A DNA stretch of 64,000 nucleotides from Gammaproteobacteria bacterium (GTDB taxonomy: Bacteria > Pseudomonadota > Gammaproteobacteria > Natronospirales > DASSBR01), in the NCBI GenBank assembly GCA_035688265.1, contig DASSNE010000034.1, positions 6,055 through 70,054 on the forward strand, written 5' to 3'. Positions 22,620 to 33,951 of the stretch are shown here, in pieces; positions within the stretch are counted from its first letter, which is position 1; each line of letters starts with the position of its first letter. The notes under the pieces were generated by a model. The model made no database searches, was not told the origin of the DNA, and worked only from the letters and a program-made list of their open reading frames with translations. The position numbers and the translations under genes are program-made.

Positions 22620-23270
22620 ATGCAGGAACAACTACAGACGCCTTCTCCCGCCCGCACGCACACCGGCGAAAAGCGCGCGCCGGCGCCGATCGCCGGCGTC
22701 GTCGACCGTGCGCTCAATGCCTATCTGCGCCGCCTCGACGATCCTGAGCGCAGCTTGAACGGCCTCGCCGGCCGGGTGCTGATCGTCGAGCTGACCGACC
22801 TCGGCTGGGTCTTCCAGATCATCTTCTCGATCGACCGCGTGCACGTGCGCGGCCGCGGCGAACTGCCGCCGGACACGCGTCTGTCCGGCAGCGTGATTGC
22901 GTTCGGCGATGCCGCCGCGCATCGTTTCCGCGAGCTGCCCACCGGCATCGAGGTTCACGGCGACGCTGAAGTCGCGCAGCACTTCACCCGCCTGCTCGCC
23001 GAGGCGGACATTGACTGGGAAGAGGCGCTCGCGCGGCGCATCGGCGACTTCCCGGCGCACCAGATGGGCCGGCTGACGCGCAGCGTCGCCGCCTGGAGCC
23101 GGCGCGTGGTCAAGACGCTGACCGCCGACGTGGGCGAATACCTGCAGGAAGAAGCGCGCTACCTGCCGAGCCGGGCGGAGATCGACGCGTTCCTGGGCGA
23201 CGTCGACGCGCTGCGCAATGATTGCGATCGGCTCGAAGCACGCATGAAGCGACTCCAAGAAACACCCTGA
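22620..23270 (+). CDS. ubiJ: Ubiquinone biosynthesis accessory factor UbiJ (SCP2 domain)
   Basis: The position between ubiE and ubiB, the size (~216 aa from ATG 22620) and a C-terminal amphipathic helix fit UbiJ/YigP. The track ORF start at 22428 overlaps the ubiE coding region. Confidence 0.7.
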   Translation: MQEQLQTPSPARTHTGEKRAPAPIAGVVDRALNAYLRRLDDPERSLNGLAGRVLIVELTDLGWVFQIIFSIDRVHVRGRGELPPDTRLSGSVIAFGDAAAHRFRELPTGIEVHGDAEVAQHFTRLLAEADIDWEEALARRIGDFPAHQMGRLTRSVAAWSRRVVKTLTADVGEYLQEEARYLPSRAEIDAFLGDVDALRNDCDRLEARMKRLQETP

Positions 23271-23277
23271 CAGCCGT

Positions 23278-24921
23278 TTGATCACCCCCCGCCAAGCCCT
23301 GCGGCTGCTACAAATCAACCTCGTGCTGGCCCGCCACGGGCTGGACGAGTTGATCCTGGCGCTGCACATCCTGCGCCCGGTACGCTTCCTGATGTACCTG
23401 TCGCCGTGGCGCTGGTTCAAGACATTCAAATATCCGCCGGCGGTACGGCTGCGCCTCGCGTTCGAAGACCTCGGGCCGGTATTCATCAAGTTCGGCCAGG
23501 CACTGTCGACGCGGCGCGACCTGCTGCCGCCGGACTTTGCCGCGGAGCTGGCGCGGCTGCAGGACAAGGTGCCGCCGTTTCCCGGCAAGCAGGCGCGCGC
23601 GCTGATCGAACAGGCGCTCGGCCAGTCGGTCGAGGCGATCTTCCGCGAGTTCGATGAAACGCCGCTGGCGTCGGCGTCGGTCGCGCAGGTACACGCGGCG
23701 ACGATGCAGGACGGCACGGCGGTCGTGGTCAAGGTGCTGCGCCCGGACGTCGGCAAGATCATTCGCAGCGATATCTCGGTCCTGCACCTGCTCGCCGATC
23801 TCGCCGCGCGCTACTGGCCTGAAAGCCGGCGCCTTCGGCCGCGCGAGATCGTCACCGAATACGAAAAGACGCTGCTCGACGAACTCGACCTGATGCGCGA
23901 GGCCGCCAATGCCTCGCAACTGCGGCGCAACTGGCTCGGCTCCGACGAGCTGTACATCCCCGACGTGTACTGGGATTACATTCGCCGCAACGTGATGGTC
24001 ATGGAACGCGTCGACGGCATTCCGATCAGCGCGGTCGAAACGCTGCACGCGCGCGGCGCCAACATGGAAGTGCTGGCCGAGCGCGGCGTGGAAATCTTTT
24101 TCACCCAGGTGTTCAAGCACAACTTCTTCCACGCCGACATGCACCCGGGCAACCTGTTCATCGACCTCGCGGAACCGGAAGCGCCGCGCTACATTGCGGT
24201 CGATTTCGGCATCGTCGGCTCGCTGAGCCCGAACGATCAGGCCTACCTGGCGAAGAACTTCCTCGCGTTCTTCAACCGCGACTATCACCAGGTCGCCGAG
24301 CTGCACGTCGAATCAGGCTGGGTGCCGCGCGGTACGCGCGTCGATGAATTCGAGGCCGCGATCCGCACTGTCTGCGAACCGATCTTCAACCGCCCGCTGA
24401 AGGACATTTCGTTCGGCCAGTTACTGGTACGGCTGTTCCAGACCGCGCGCCGTTTCAACATGGAAGTGCAGCCGCAGTTGGTGCTGCTGCAAAAGACGCT
24501 GCTGAACATCGAAGGCATCGGCCGCGAGCTGTACCCGGAACTCGACCTGTGGCGCACCGCGAAGCCGTTCTTCGAGGAGTGGATGCACGAGCAGCTCGGG
24601 CCGATGTCGGTGCTGCGCGATGCGAAGAACGACGCTCCGATGATGATGCAGATGTTCAAGGATCTGCCCGAGACGTTGCACGACGCCCTCGACCAGGCGC
24701 GCCGGGGCACCATGAACATCCAGTTTCGCAGCCCCGAACTGACGGAAATCAAGCACCGCATCGACCGCATCGAGCATCGCCTGCTGGGCGCCGCTGCGTC
24801 CGCCGGATTTCTGATCGCCGGCTCCCTGCTGCTGGCGCTTCACTTTCAGCCGCTATGGGTGGGCGCCTGCGCCACCGCGATCGGCGGCGCTATTCTGCTC
24901 ATCAACTGGGTTCAAGGCTGA
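23278..24921 (+). CDS. ubiB: Ubiquinone biosynthesis regulatory protein kinase UbiB (ABC1/ADCK family)
   Basis: 547 aa with a TTG start. ABC1 motifs: PLASASVAQVHAA, VVVKVLRP, FFHADMHPGNLF, VDFGIVG. There are two C-terminal TM helices. Confidence 0.9.
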   Translation: MITPRQALRLLQINLVLARHGLDELILALHILRPVRFLMYLSPWRWFKTFKYPPAVRLRLAFEDLGPVFIKFGQALSTRRDLLPPDFAAELARLQDKVPPFPGKQARALIEQALGQSVEAIFREFDETPLASASVAQVHAATMQDGTAVVVKVLRPDVGKIIRSDISVLHLLADLAARYWPESRRLRPREIVTEYEKTLLDELDLMREAANASQLRRNWLGSDELYIPDVYWDYIRRNVMVMERVDGIPISAVETLHARGANMEVLAERGVEIFFTQVFKHNFFHADMHPGNLFIDLAEPEAPRYIAVDFGIVGSLSPNDQAYLAKNFLAFFNRDYHQVAELHVESGWVPRGTRVDEFEAAIRTVCEPIFNRPLKDISFGQLLVRLFQTARRFNMEVQPQLVLLQKTLLNIEGIGRELYPELDLWRTAKPFFEEWMHEQLGPMSVLRDAKNDAPMMMQMFKDLPETLHDALDQARRGTMNIQFRSPELTEIKHRIDRIEHRLLGAAASAGFLIAGSLLLALHFQPLWVGACATAIGGAILLINWVQG

Positions 24922-25704
24922 CTTCGATTCCGGCGATTCCTGCCGCGCGATCACCTGCCGCACGCCGACCAGCCGCACGCCCTGTCCCGCAAGCCTCGGC
25001 AACTGCCGTGCCAGCACCGCTAATGTGACCGCGTAAGGATGGCCGATTGCGACCGCCGTTCCGTGACGCTTGGCGATCGCGATCAGCTCCTGGAGCTGCC
25101 GGTTGATGGCTGCCTTCGTCTGTACGTCGTCGAGAAACACGTCGCGCGATGTGGCCGGCACGCCGTATTCGCGTGCGATCCGGTAGGCGACGGTGCGCGG
25201 CGTGGTGCGGCTGTCGACGAAAAACAGCGGCGCGGCGAACTGCTTCAGCGTTTCCATCAACCACGCCATGTCGCCCGGGTGCTGCGTCAGGAGGCTCCCC
25301 ATGTGATTGTTGACGCCGTCGACGTCCGGGATCGCGGCGAGATCCGCGCGCACGGTGGTTACGAATTCACGTCGCGTCATCGGCAGCGTCAGACCGCCCG
25401 GCCCCAGCTTTTCGTGCCCGAGCGCTTCAAGCGGCAGATGCAGCAGGACCTCCTTGCCGGCGTGATGGGCGACACGCGCAAGCCGCGCCGCATACGGCGT
25501 GTCCGGCAGAAACGAGCACGCGACGGGCCCCGGCAGCGCGATTGCCTGCTTGTCGAGCGCGAGGCTGTTGCCGAGGTCGTCGATGATGATCGCGACGACG
25601 GGATGGGTATTGGCCAGCGCCGACCGAGTCGGCATGAGCAAGAGCAGCGGTAGACAGAGAAAGAATATGCGATGCATGCGGCATTGTACCTGCCTGTTGT
25701 GCAA
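24853..25704 (-). CDS. yibQ: Divergent polysaccharide deacetylase family protein (YibQ-like)
   Basis: The sequence VAIIIDDLGNS...PGPVACSFLP...EVLLHLPLE...VNNHMGS is typical of YibQ/DUF610. The gene lies downstream of envC, as in E. coli. The start may instead be the internal ATG at 25677, which would begin the signal peptide MHRIFFLCLPLLLL. Confidence 0.8.
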   Translation of the reverse strand: MHNRQVQCRMHRIFFLCLPLLLLMPTRSALANTHPVVAIIIDDLGNSLALDKQAIALPGPVACSFLPDTPYAARLARVAHHAGKEVLLHLPLEALGHEKLGPGGLTLPMTRREFVTTVRADLAAIPDVDGVNNHMGSLLTQHPGDMAWLMETLKQFAAPLFFVDSRTTPRTVAYRIAREYGVPATSRDVFLDDVQTKAAINRQLQELIAIAKRHGTAVAIGHPYAVTLAVLARQLPRLAGQGVRLVGVRQVIARQESPESKSALNPVDEQNSAADRGGAGAHP

Positions 25705-25707
25705 TCA

Positions 25708-25834
25708 AAGGAATCCCCCTCTAGCTCCCCCTTCCTCGCTACGCGAGCAAAGGGGAGGATAAGAAGGGTTGCAAGCTTTTTGCCCTCCCCTTTGCGGCCG
25801 CAGGCCGGAAGGGGGAGCTGGAGGGGGATTTCTT
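25708..25834. repeat. Nested palindromic element (28-nt outer arms, 11-nt inner arms)
   Basis: The outer arms are AAGGAATCCCCCTCTAGCTCCCCCTTCC (25708-25735) and GGAAGGGGGAGCTGGAGGGGGATTTCTT (25807-25834), with 2 mismatches. The inner arms are CAAAGGGGAGG / CCTCCCCTTTG. It fills the gap between the trx-like gene stop and the yibQ start. Confidence 0.8.
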
Positions 25835-27038
25835 ACTGCGTCGCGTTTGATGGCCTGTAGCTGCCGAACGTAAATGAATACAACCGCACCCCGTCCGGCA
25901 CGATGAACCGGATCGTGTGGCGCCCGTACGGCGCCCGGTTGGCAATCAGCCAGTACAGCCGCGGCTCGTTGACAGTCATCCACGTTTTGCCGTCCTTGAC
26001 ATTGATGTCGGCACCGCGAAACTGCGGCGGGACCGGCTTGCCGTCGAGCGTCACTTCGATGCGCTTGGCACCGCCCGCGGTATCCATCACTACGTAGGGG
26101 GCTTGGGCGAGATAGTTCAGCCCGATCTTGCCCGCGCCGACGCTTTCGACGTAATCGTGCGTGCCCTTCCAGCGGCCATCGAGATAAATTTCGTCCTCGT
26201 CGAGTTGTGCCGGCATGTGGAAAGTGACCGTCTTGCCTTCCTTCGGCTGTGCGCTGTTGCCGAGCGATTGGCGCAAAAATCCGGGTCCGGCATACAGCTC
26301 GCCGGTCTGCGGCTGGCCGGATGGGATCAGATCAAGTTTTGGATCGAGCGGCTCATCAGGCGGCAGATCCTTGTGGCCCGCCAATTCGAGCTGGCGGCGA
26401 ATGACCTGCTCCTCGTGCTCATAGTCGCCCTCGCCGAACTTGTGATAGACGATCTCGCCGGCCGGGTTGATCAGATACTTGCCGGGCCAGAAGTGGTTGC
26501 CGAAATTGCGCCACACCTGCATGTGCGCATCCATCAGAATGGGATAGGTCAGGCCCTCGCGCTTCACGCCGAGCAGCACGTTGGCCGGCACACCTTCGAA
26601 GTGGAACTCGGGGCTCGCGACGCCGATGATGACGAGGCCGTGGTCCTTGTAGCGCTGCCAGTACACCTCGTCGAACGGATTGGCTCGAATGCAGTTGATG
26701 CAGCTGTAAGTCCAGAAGTCGATCAGGATGACCTTGTTCTGCTTTTCAAGCTGTTGCAGGTCGAGCGGCTTGGAGTTGATCCAGCCGCCTTCAGCCGGCA
26801 CCTGCTGAATCGTCGGCACGAGATGCTCGCGGTTCGCTAACAGGCGCTTGCCCGCATTCCCTGCCGGTCCGGAAGGCTTCTCCTTATTACTGCTGCCAAG
26901 CAGGCTCTTCGGCGCCGGCGTCGCACCCGTGATCGGCATCAGGTAATAGCGCACCACCGGAATGGTCGCGTAGGCAAGCGCTCCCGCCGCGACGAGTGCC
27001 AGAACGATGATGACGGCAATGGCCAGTCCGCGTTTCAT
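25833..27038 (-). CDS. Membrane-anchored thioredoxin-fold protein (DipZ C-terminal-like, CxxC)
   Basis: 401 aa with an N-terminal TM helix. The redoxin motif is LIDFWTYSCINCIRA, followed by a beta-rich C-terminal domain. It is inserted between envC and yibQ relative to the E. coli gene order. Confidence 0.7.
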   Translation of the reverse strand: MKRGLAIAVIIVLALVAAGALAYATIPVVRYYLMPITGATPAPKSLLGSSNKEKPSGPAGNAGKRLLANREHLVPTIQQVPAEGGWINSKPLDLQQLEKQNKVILIDFWTYSCINCIRANPFDEVYWQRYKDHGLVIIGVASPEFHFEGVPANVLLGVKREGLTYPILMDAHMQVWRNFGNHFWPGKYLINPAGEIVYHKFGEGDYEHEEQVIRRQLELAGHKDLPPDEPLDPKLDLIPSGQPQTGELYAGPGFLRQSLGNSAQPKEGKTVTFHMPAQLDEDEIYLDGRWKGTHDYVESVGAGKIGLNYLAQAPYVVMDTAGGAKRIEVTLDGKPVPPQFRGADINVKDGKTWMTVNEPRLYWLIANRAPYGRHTIRFIVPDGVRLYSFTFGSYRPSNATQ

Positions 27039-27092
27039 GTCAGCCTCCGGCTTTTTAAACCATAATACGCGCGAATGGTGGAGGCTGTTGCG

Positions 27093-28241
27093 CTACCGCT
27101 TGCACCACCGCGCCGGATTGACCGGCTGCTTGTCGTGACGAATTTCGAAGTACAGCGCCGGCCGGTGCTGGCCGCCGCTGTCGCCGAGCGTGGCGATGGT
27201 GTCGCCGGCGTTGACCCAGTCGCCCACCTCTTTGTACAGGCTCTGGTTGTGCGCGTAGAGGCTGAGATACCCGCCGCCGTGGTCGATGATCATGAGCAGG
27301 CCGAAGTGCGGCAGCCAGCCGGCGTAAACGACGCGGCCGTGGGCGATCGCATGCACCGGCTCGCCGGCCTTGCCGCCGATCAGCACGCCCTGCCAGTGCA
27401 GGCGGCCGTCGGCGCGCAGCGAACCGTAAGTCGCAACGTGCGGCCCGCTTACCGGCCAGGCGAGTTTGCCGCGCAATGACGCGAACGAGCGGCTGTCGAG
27501 GTTGTCGGGGATGTCGGCGAGCGCATTCGTCAGGCTGGCGATCAGGCGCTCCAGGCGCTGCTTGCTGCGCTTGAGCGTCGCCAGTTCGCTGTGATGCTTG
27601 TCGATTGATGCATCGACTTTCGTCAGCACGGCCTTGCGCGCGTCGCGGCGTTGCTCGATCGCGGCGAGCGCCGCATGGCGTTGCTCCTTCAGGTCGGCCA
27701 GGTGGGCGAGCTGATCGCCTATGGCCCGTTTTAATTGCGCGAGACGTTCGAGGCGTGCGTTGAAATCGGCGATGCGCGTCGTACGCGCCTGATTGAAATA
27801 ATCGTAGTAGGTCAGCATGCGCTCGACGCGCGCCGGGTCCTGCTGGTTGAGCATCAGTTTCAAGCGATCCTGCCGGCCGGCGACGTAGGCGGCGCGAATT
27901 TGTGCGCCGAGTGCCTGCTTTTCGGAATCCAGCTTGTCCTGTTCGCTCGCCTGCTCCCCTTTCAGTTTTGCGAGCTTCGCCTGGGCGGCATTAATCTGCC
28001 GTTCGACGTCGTGCAATGCCGCGCTGGCCTTGCCCAGCGCACGTTCGCTGGCGCGCAACTGCGCGGCGAGCTGGTCGTGACGCGCGACGGCCTGGTCCAG
28101 AGCTTGCTTGACGGCGGCGATCTTCGCCTTGATGGCGGCCAGTTGCTGCTTTTTGGCCGCGGCCTGATCCCGGGCGTAGACGTTCGGCGCCGCGGCGAAC
28201 GCGAGGCTCGCCGCCACCATTAGCAAGGCGACGAATCTCAT
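27093..28241 (-). CDS. envC: Murein hydrolase activator EnvC-like (coiled coil + LytM/M23 domain)
   Basis: It has a signal peptide, a long Q/A/K-rich coiled coil and a C-terminal M23 domain ([24 protein letters not shown]...[14 protein letters not shown]). Its stop overlaps the gpmI region, and synteny matches gpmI-envC. Confidence 0.85.
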   Translation of the reverse strand: MRFVALLMVAASLAFAAAPNVYARDQAAAKKQQLAAIKAKIAAVKQALDQAVARHDQLAAQLRASERALGKASAALHDVERQINAAQAKLAKLKGEQASEQDKLDSEKQALGAQIRAAYVAGRQDRLKLMLNQQDPARVERMLTYYDYFNQARTTRIADFNARLERLAQLKRAIGDQLAHLADLKEQRHAALAAIEQRRDARKAVLTKVDASIDKHHSELATLKRSKQRLERLIASLTNALADIPDNLDSRSFASLRGKLAWPVSGPHVATYGSLRADGRLHWQGVLIGGKAGEPVHAIAHGRVVYAGWLPHFGLLMIIDHGGGYLSLYAHNQSLYKEVGDWVNAGDTIATLGDSGGQHRPALYFEIRHDKQPVNPARWCKR

Positions 28242-29785
28242 CCGGCTCCGAGCTTGATCAGCGAATGCCCCGTCATCTCGGCCGGCTGATCGAGGCCCAG
28301 CAGCGCGAGCAGCGTCGGTGCGACGTCGGCGAGCACGCCGTCGGTCAATGTCGCATCACGGCCGAAGTAGACGAACGGCACCGGCCCGGTGGTGTGCGCG
28401 GTGTATGGTTGGCCGGTTGTCGGGTCGCGCATGATTTCGACGTTGCCATGGTCGGCAGTGACCAGCAGCTCGCCGCCCGCTTTGTCGAGCGCGGCGGTGA
28501 TGCGGCCGAGCGCGGCATCGACTGCTTCGACAGCCTTGATCGCGGCTGCCTCGTCACCGGTGTGCCCGACCATGTCGGCGTTGGCGTAATTGCAGATGAT
28601 CAGGTCGTAGTGCCCGCCGCTGATCGCCTCGACCAGCCGATCGGTCAATTCAACCGAACTCATTTCCGGCTGCAGGTCGTAGGTCGCGACCCTCGGCGAC
28701 GGAATCAGCGTGCGGTCCTCGCCCGGGAACGGGCGCTCCTCGCCGCCGTTGAAGAAGAACGTGACATGCGCGTATTTTTCGGTCTCGGCGATGCGCAGTT
28801 GCTTCAAGCCGCTTTGCGCGACGATTTCGCCGAGGATGCGCTTGGGCGTTTCAGGCTCGAACGCGACAGGAATGTCGAAGTCGCGCTGGTATTGCGTCAG
28901 GCTGACGAACGCCGCGAGCCGCGGGCGGACTTCGCGCTTGAAGCCGTCAAAATCGTCTTCGATGAAGGTGCGCGTCAACTGGCGCGCGCGGTCGGCGCGG
29001 AAGTTCATGAAGACGATGGCGTCATGGTCGCCGACGGTAATGGCCTCGCCGCCCGGTGGCACGATGCGCGTGGCTTTGACGAATTCGTCGGTTTCGCCGC
29101 GGTCGTAGGCGGCGCGCAGGCCACTGACGCCGTCCGGCGCTTCGTAGTCGGCCTTCGCTTGCGTCATCAGCTTATAGGCGGTTTCGATCCGGTCCCAGCG
29201 CTGGTCGCGATCCATCGCATAGTAGCGACCGATCAACGAGGCGAGTCGCCCGCGGCCGCAGTCGGCGAAGACTGCGTCAAGCGCCTTGAACGACGCCTCG
29301 GCACTCTTCGGCGGCGTGTCGCGCCCGTCGGTGATGGCGTGAACGAACACCCGCTCGGCGCCACGCGCGACCGCAAGACGCACCATCGCGTGAATGTGCG
29401 ATTCGTAGCTGTGCACGCCGCCGGGCGACAGCAGGCCGACGATATGTACGGCACCGCCGGCGGCCTTCGCCGCATCGACCGCGCCGGTCAGCGCCGGGTT
29501 ATCGTTGAACGAGCCGTCCTCGATCGCGCGGCTGATGCGCATCGAATCCTGGTACAGCACGCGCCCGGCGCCGAGATTCAGGTGGCCGACCTCGGAGTTG
29601 CCCATTTGCCCCTCGGGCAGGCCGACGGCCTTGCCGGAGGTGCGCAGCAGCGAATGCGGGCAGTCGCGCCACAGCCGGTCCCAATTGGCCGTGTCGGCGA
29701 CAGCAATGGCGTTGTCGGTGGTGTCTTCGCGATAGCCCCAGCCGTCGAGGATCGCGAGCACGACGGGGCGCGGCCGGTCGGGCAT
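28238..29785 (-). CDS. gpmI: 2,3-bisphosphoglycerate-independent phosphoglycerate mutase
   Basis: 515 aa. [24 protein letters not shown] and TADHGN are signatures of iPGM. Confidence 0.93.
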   Translation of the reverse strand: MPDRPRPVVLAILDGWGYREDTTDNAIAVADTANWDRLWRDCPHSLLRTSGKAVGLPEGQMGNSEVGHLNLGAGRVLYQDSMRISRAIEDGSFNDNPALTGAVDAAKAAGGAVHIVGLLSPGGVHSYESHIHAMVRLAVARGAERVFVHAITDGRDTPPKSAEASFKALDAVFADCGRGRLASLIGRYYAMDRDQRWDRIETAYKLMTQAKADYEAPDGVSGLRAAYDRGETDEFVKATRIVPPGGEAITVGDHDAIVFMNFRADRARQLTRTFIEDDFDGFKREVRPRLAAFVSLTQYQRDFDIPVAFEPETPKRILGEIVAQSGLKQLRIAETEKYAHVTFFFNGGEERPFPGEDRTLIPSPRVATYDLQPEMSSVELTDRLVEAISGGHYDLIICNYANADMVGHTGDEAAAIKAVEAVDAALGRITAALDKAGGELLVTADHGNVEIMRDPTTGQPYTAHTTGPVPFVYFGRDATLTDGVLADVAPTLLALLGLDQPAEMTGHSLIKLGAG

Positions 29786-29825
29786 TGAATTCCCTTTGGA
29801 AAACCAGTTCGTGAATTGGATTGTC

Positions 29826-29937
29826 CTAGTCGCTAGTCGCTAGTCGCTAGTCGCTAGGCACTAGGCACTAGGCACTAGGCACTAGGCACTAGGCACTAGG
29901 CACTAGGCACTAGGCACTAGGCACTAGGCACTAGGCA
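29826..29937. repeat. Heptanucleotide tandem array: (CTAGTCG)x4 followed by (CTAGGCA)x12
   Basis: Counted directly: CTAGTCG units run 29826-29853 and CTAGGCA units 29854-29937. The array lies in the divergent gpmI / yibN intergenic region, 41 nt from the gpmI ATG. Confidence 0.95.
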
Positions 29938-29983
29938 TAGTTTAGAGGCTTTGCCCGGCCGCCACAAAGCGCGCGGACCGGCC

Positions 29984-29992
29984 TGTTATAAT
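29984..29992 (+). promoter_or_regulatory. Extended -10 element (TGTTATAAT) for the yibN-grxC-secB-gpsA operon
   Basis: TGT-TATAAT lies at 29984-29992, 34 nt upstream of ATG 30026. No good -35 is visible. Confidence 0.45.
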
Positions 29993-30025
29993 GTCGCGCT
30001 TGTCCGCCAGCCGTTCCCGGAATTT

Positions 30026-30448
30026 ATGGATCAAATTGTCCCCTTCATCCAGCGTCATCCTTACCTGATTCTCGCCGCCGGCGCGCTGATCGTCGCGCTG
30101 ATCGTCGACGAGCTGGTGCGCCGCGTGCAAGGCAAAAACGACATCGGCCCGAACGATGCGATCCGGCTGATCAACCAGGGCGCGATCGTCATCGATCTGC
30201 GCGGCGCGGACCAATACAAGCAGGGCCACATCGGTGAGGCGCGCAACGTGCCGATGGCGGAACTCGACACGCAGCTCGACAAGCTCGGCCGCAAGGGCGA
30301 TCAGGGCGTGCTCGCCTACAGCGCCGACGGCAAGGAAGGCGCCCAGGCGATCAAGCGGCTGGCGGCGCGCGGCGTCGAGAAGGCCTTCAACCTGAAGGGC
30401 GGGTTTGCCGCGTGGCAGCGCGAAAACCTGCCGGTCGTGAAGGGCTGA
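30026..30448 (+). CDS. yibN: Rhodanese-like domain protein (YibN-like), N-terminal TM helix
   Basis: It has a TM segment (HPYLILAAGALIVALIV) and a rhodanese fold (VIDLRGADQYKQGHIGEARNVP). Synteny with grxC-secB-gpsA matches E. coli. The start is set at ATG 30026. Confidence 0.75.
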   Translation: MDQIVPFIQRHPYLILAAGALIVALIVDELVRRVQGKNDIGPNDAIRLINQGAIVIDLRGADQYKQGHIGEARNVPMAELDTQLDKLGRKGDQGVLAYSADGKEGAQAIKRLAARGVEKAFNLKGGFAAWQRENLPVVKG

Positions 30449-30452
30449 GCTG

Positions 30453-30725
30453 ATGCCGGACGTGACGATTTATCTGACGTCGTGGTGCGGCTTCTGCCGG
30501 CGCGCCAAGGCGCTGCTCGATCAGAAGGGCGTCGCGTATCATGAAATCGATGTCGACGCCGAACCGGGCGGCCGCGCCGAAATGATGGAGCGCTCCGGCC
30601 GCCGCACGGTCCCGCAGATTTTCATCGGCGACCTGGCCGTCGGCGGCTGCGACGACTTGTACGCGCTCGACGCAACCGGCCAGCTCGACAAGCTGCTGAA
30701 CACTTCGAACCACGAACCCGATTGA
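30453..30725 (+). CDS. grxC: Glutaredoxin 3
   Basis: 90 aa, with VTIYLTSWCGFCRRAKALL (a CxxC-type active site, here CGFC) and TVPQIFIGD..GGCDDL. Confidence 0.9.
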   Translation: MPDVTIYLTSWCGFCRRAKALLDQKGVAYHEIDVDAEPGGRAEMMERSGRRTVPQIFIGDLAVGGCDDLYALDATGQLDKLLNTSNHEPD

Positions 30726-30737
30726 CAGGACGTTTCA

Positions 30738-31238
30738 ATGACTGACGAATCCAGACCCAATGGCAACGGCGCCGGCCAGGGCGGCCAGCCGGAACAGAAC
30801 TTCAAGCTCGAAAAGATTTACCTGAAGGACACGTCGTTCGAGTCGCCGCGCTCGCCTGCGGTGTTTTCGCAGCAGTGGCAGCCGGAGATCGCGCTCAACC
30901 TGCAGACGAAGGTCGAGCAGGTCGCCGAGACAGCTTATGAAGTCGTGCTGACGGTGACGGTCGAGGCCAATGCCGAGAGTCAGCCCATTTTCCTGGTCGA
31001 ACTGCAACAGGCGGGCATCTTCACCGTCGCCGGCTTCGACGACGAGCAGCGCGGCCAGTTGCTCGGCGGCTTCGCGCCCGGCGTGTTGTTCCCGTATGCG
31101 CGCGAGGCGATCGGCGAACTGGTCGCCAAGGGCGGTTTCCCGCAACTGCTGTTGCAGCCGGTCAATTTCGACGCGCTCTACCAGCAGCAGCGCCAGCAGG
31201 CGGATCTTGCCGCGGGCGGCACCGCCGGCACTGCATAG
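30738..31238 (+). CDS. secB: Protein-export chaperone SecB
   Basis: 166 aa. FKLEKIYLKDTSFESP and LFPYAREAI are conserved SecB blocks. Confidence 0.9.
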   Translation: MTDESRPNGNGAGQGGQPEQNFKLEKIYLKDTSFESPRSPAVFSQQWQPEIALNLQTKVEQVAETAYEVVLTVTVEANAESQPIFLVELQQAGIFTVAGFDDEQRGQLLGGFAPGVLFPYAREAIGELVAKGGFPQLLLQPVNFDALYQQQRQQADLAAGGTAGTA

Positions 31239-32246
31239 ATGGCGGGCGAGCGCCAGCCGATCGCCGTTCTCGGCGCCGGCGCCTGGGGCACCGCGCTCGC
31301 CTGCCAGCTCGCCCGCAACGGCCGCGACGTACGGCTGTGGGGGCGGGATGCGGCGCAGATCGACAAGCTGCGCGCCACCGGCCGCAACACCCGCTATCTT
31401 CCCGACATCAAACTGCCGCCGAACGTATGCCCGCAGGCATCGCTCAAAGACGCGGTGGCGGGCAGCGGCGACATTCTCGTCGCCGTCCCCAGCGGCGCCT
31501 TTCGCGAGACGCTGGCGGCGCTGGTCGATACCGTCCGACCCTTTCGGCTGGCCTGGGCGACCAAGGGTCTCGAACTCGACAGCGGCAAACTGCTGCACCA
31601 GGTCGCAGCGGAAGTGCTGGGCGGCGAGACAATCATGGCCGTGCTCTCCGGCCCCAGCTTCGCGCGCGAAGTCGGGGCAGGACTCCCCACGGCCGTTACC
31701 GTCGCGAGTACGGACCAGGCCTTTGCCGACGCGCTGGTCGACGCCTTTCACGGCGAGCGTTTCCGCGTATATACCGCGACCGACGTCATCGGTGTGGAAA
31801 TTGGCGGCGCGGCCAAAAATGTGATCGCGATCGCCGCCGGCATTGCCGACGGCCTGGCCTTCGGTGCCAACGCGCGCGCCGGACTGATCACCCGCGGCCT
31901 CGCCGAAATCATGCGTCTCGGCGCCGCGCTCGGCGCGCGGCCGGAAACGCTGATGGGCCTCGCCGGCCTCGGCGACCTCGTCCTGACCTGCACCGGCGAC
32001 CTGTCGCGCAATCGCCGGCTGGGGCTCGCGCTTGCCGCCGGCAAATCCCGCGAAGCGGCCGTGGCGGAGATCGGCCAGGCCGTGGAGGGCATCGGTGCGG
32101 CCAAGGCGGTGCATCGCCTCGCCGCCGAACGGGGGATTGAAATGCCGATCACCGAGCAGGTCTATCGCGTGCTGTACGAGGAGCTCGCGCCGCGCGAGGC
32201 AGTGGAAACCCTGTTCAATCGCGCGCCAAAAAGCGAATTCGAATAG
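31239..32246 (+). CDS. gpsA: NAD(P)H-dependent glycerol-3-phosphate dehydrogenase
   Basis: 335 aa, with IAVLGAGAWGTALA (Rossmann), GPSFAREV, NVIAIAAGI and SRNRRLG. Confidence 0.93.
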   Translation: MAGERQPIAVLGAGAWGTALACQLARNGRDVRLWGRDAAQIDKLRATGRNTRYLPDIKLPPNVCPQASLKDAVAGSGDILVAVPSGAFRETLAALVDTVRPFRLAWATKGLELDSGKLLHQVAAEVLGGETIMAVLSGPSFAREVGAGLPTAVTVASTDQAFADALVDAFHGERFRVYTATDVIGVEIGGAAKNVIAIAAGIADGLAFGANARAGLITRGLAEIMRLGAALGARPETLMGLAGLGDLVLTCTGDLSRNRRLGLALAAGKSREAAVAEIGQAVEGIGAAKAVHRLAAERGIEMPITEQVYRVLYEELAPREAVETLFNRAPKSEFE

Positions 32247-32324
32247 CGGGAAACCATAGCTTGCGCGGGCTGAAAAGTTCGGCTAGTGTCGAGTTGAACA
32301 TCGCCCACACAAGGAACACGCATC

Positions 32325-33926
<1,602 letters not shown>

Positions 33927-33951
33927 TTCACTTGCACAGGAAGCCATAGCC

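Noticed and set aside
30735-32114. 459-aa minus-strand ORF, plus several 260-285-aa alternate-frame ORFs over secB/gpsA
   Set aside because: They lie opposite or out of frame to well-conserved secB and gpsA and show no recognisable motifs.
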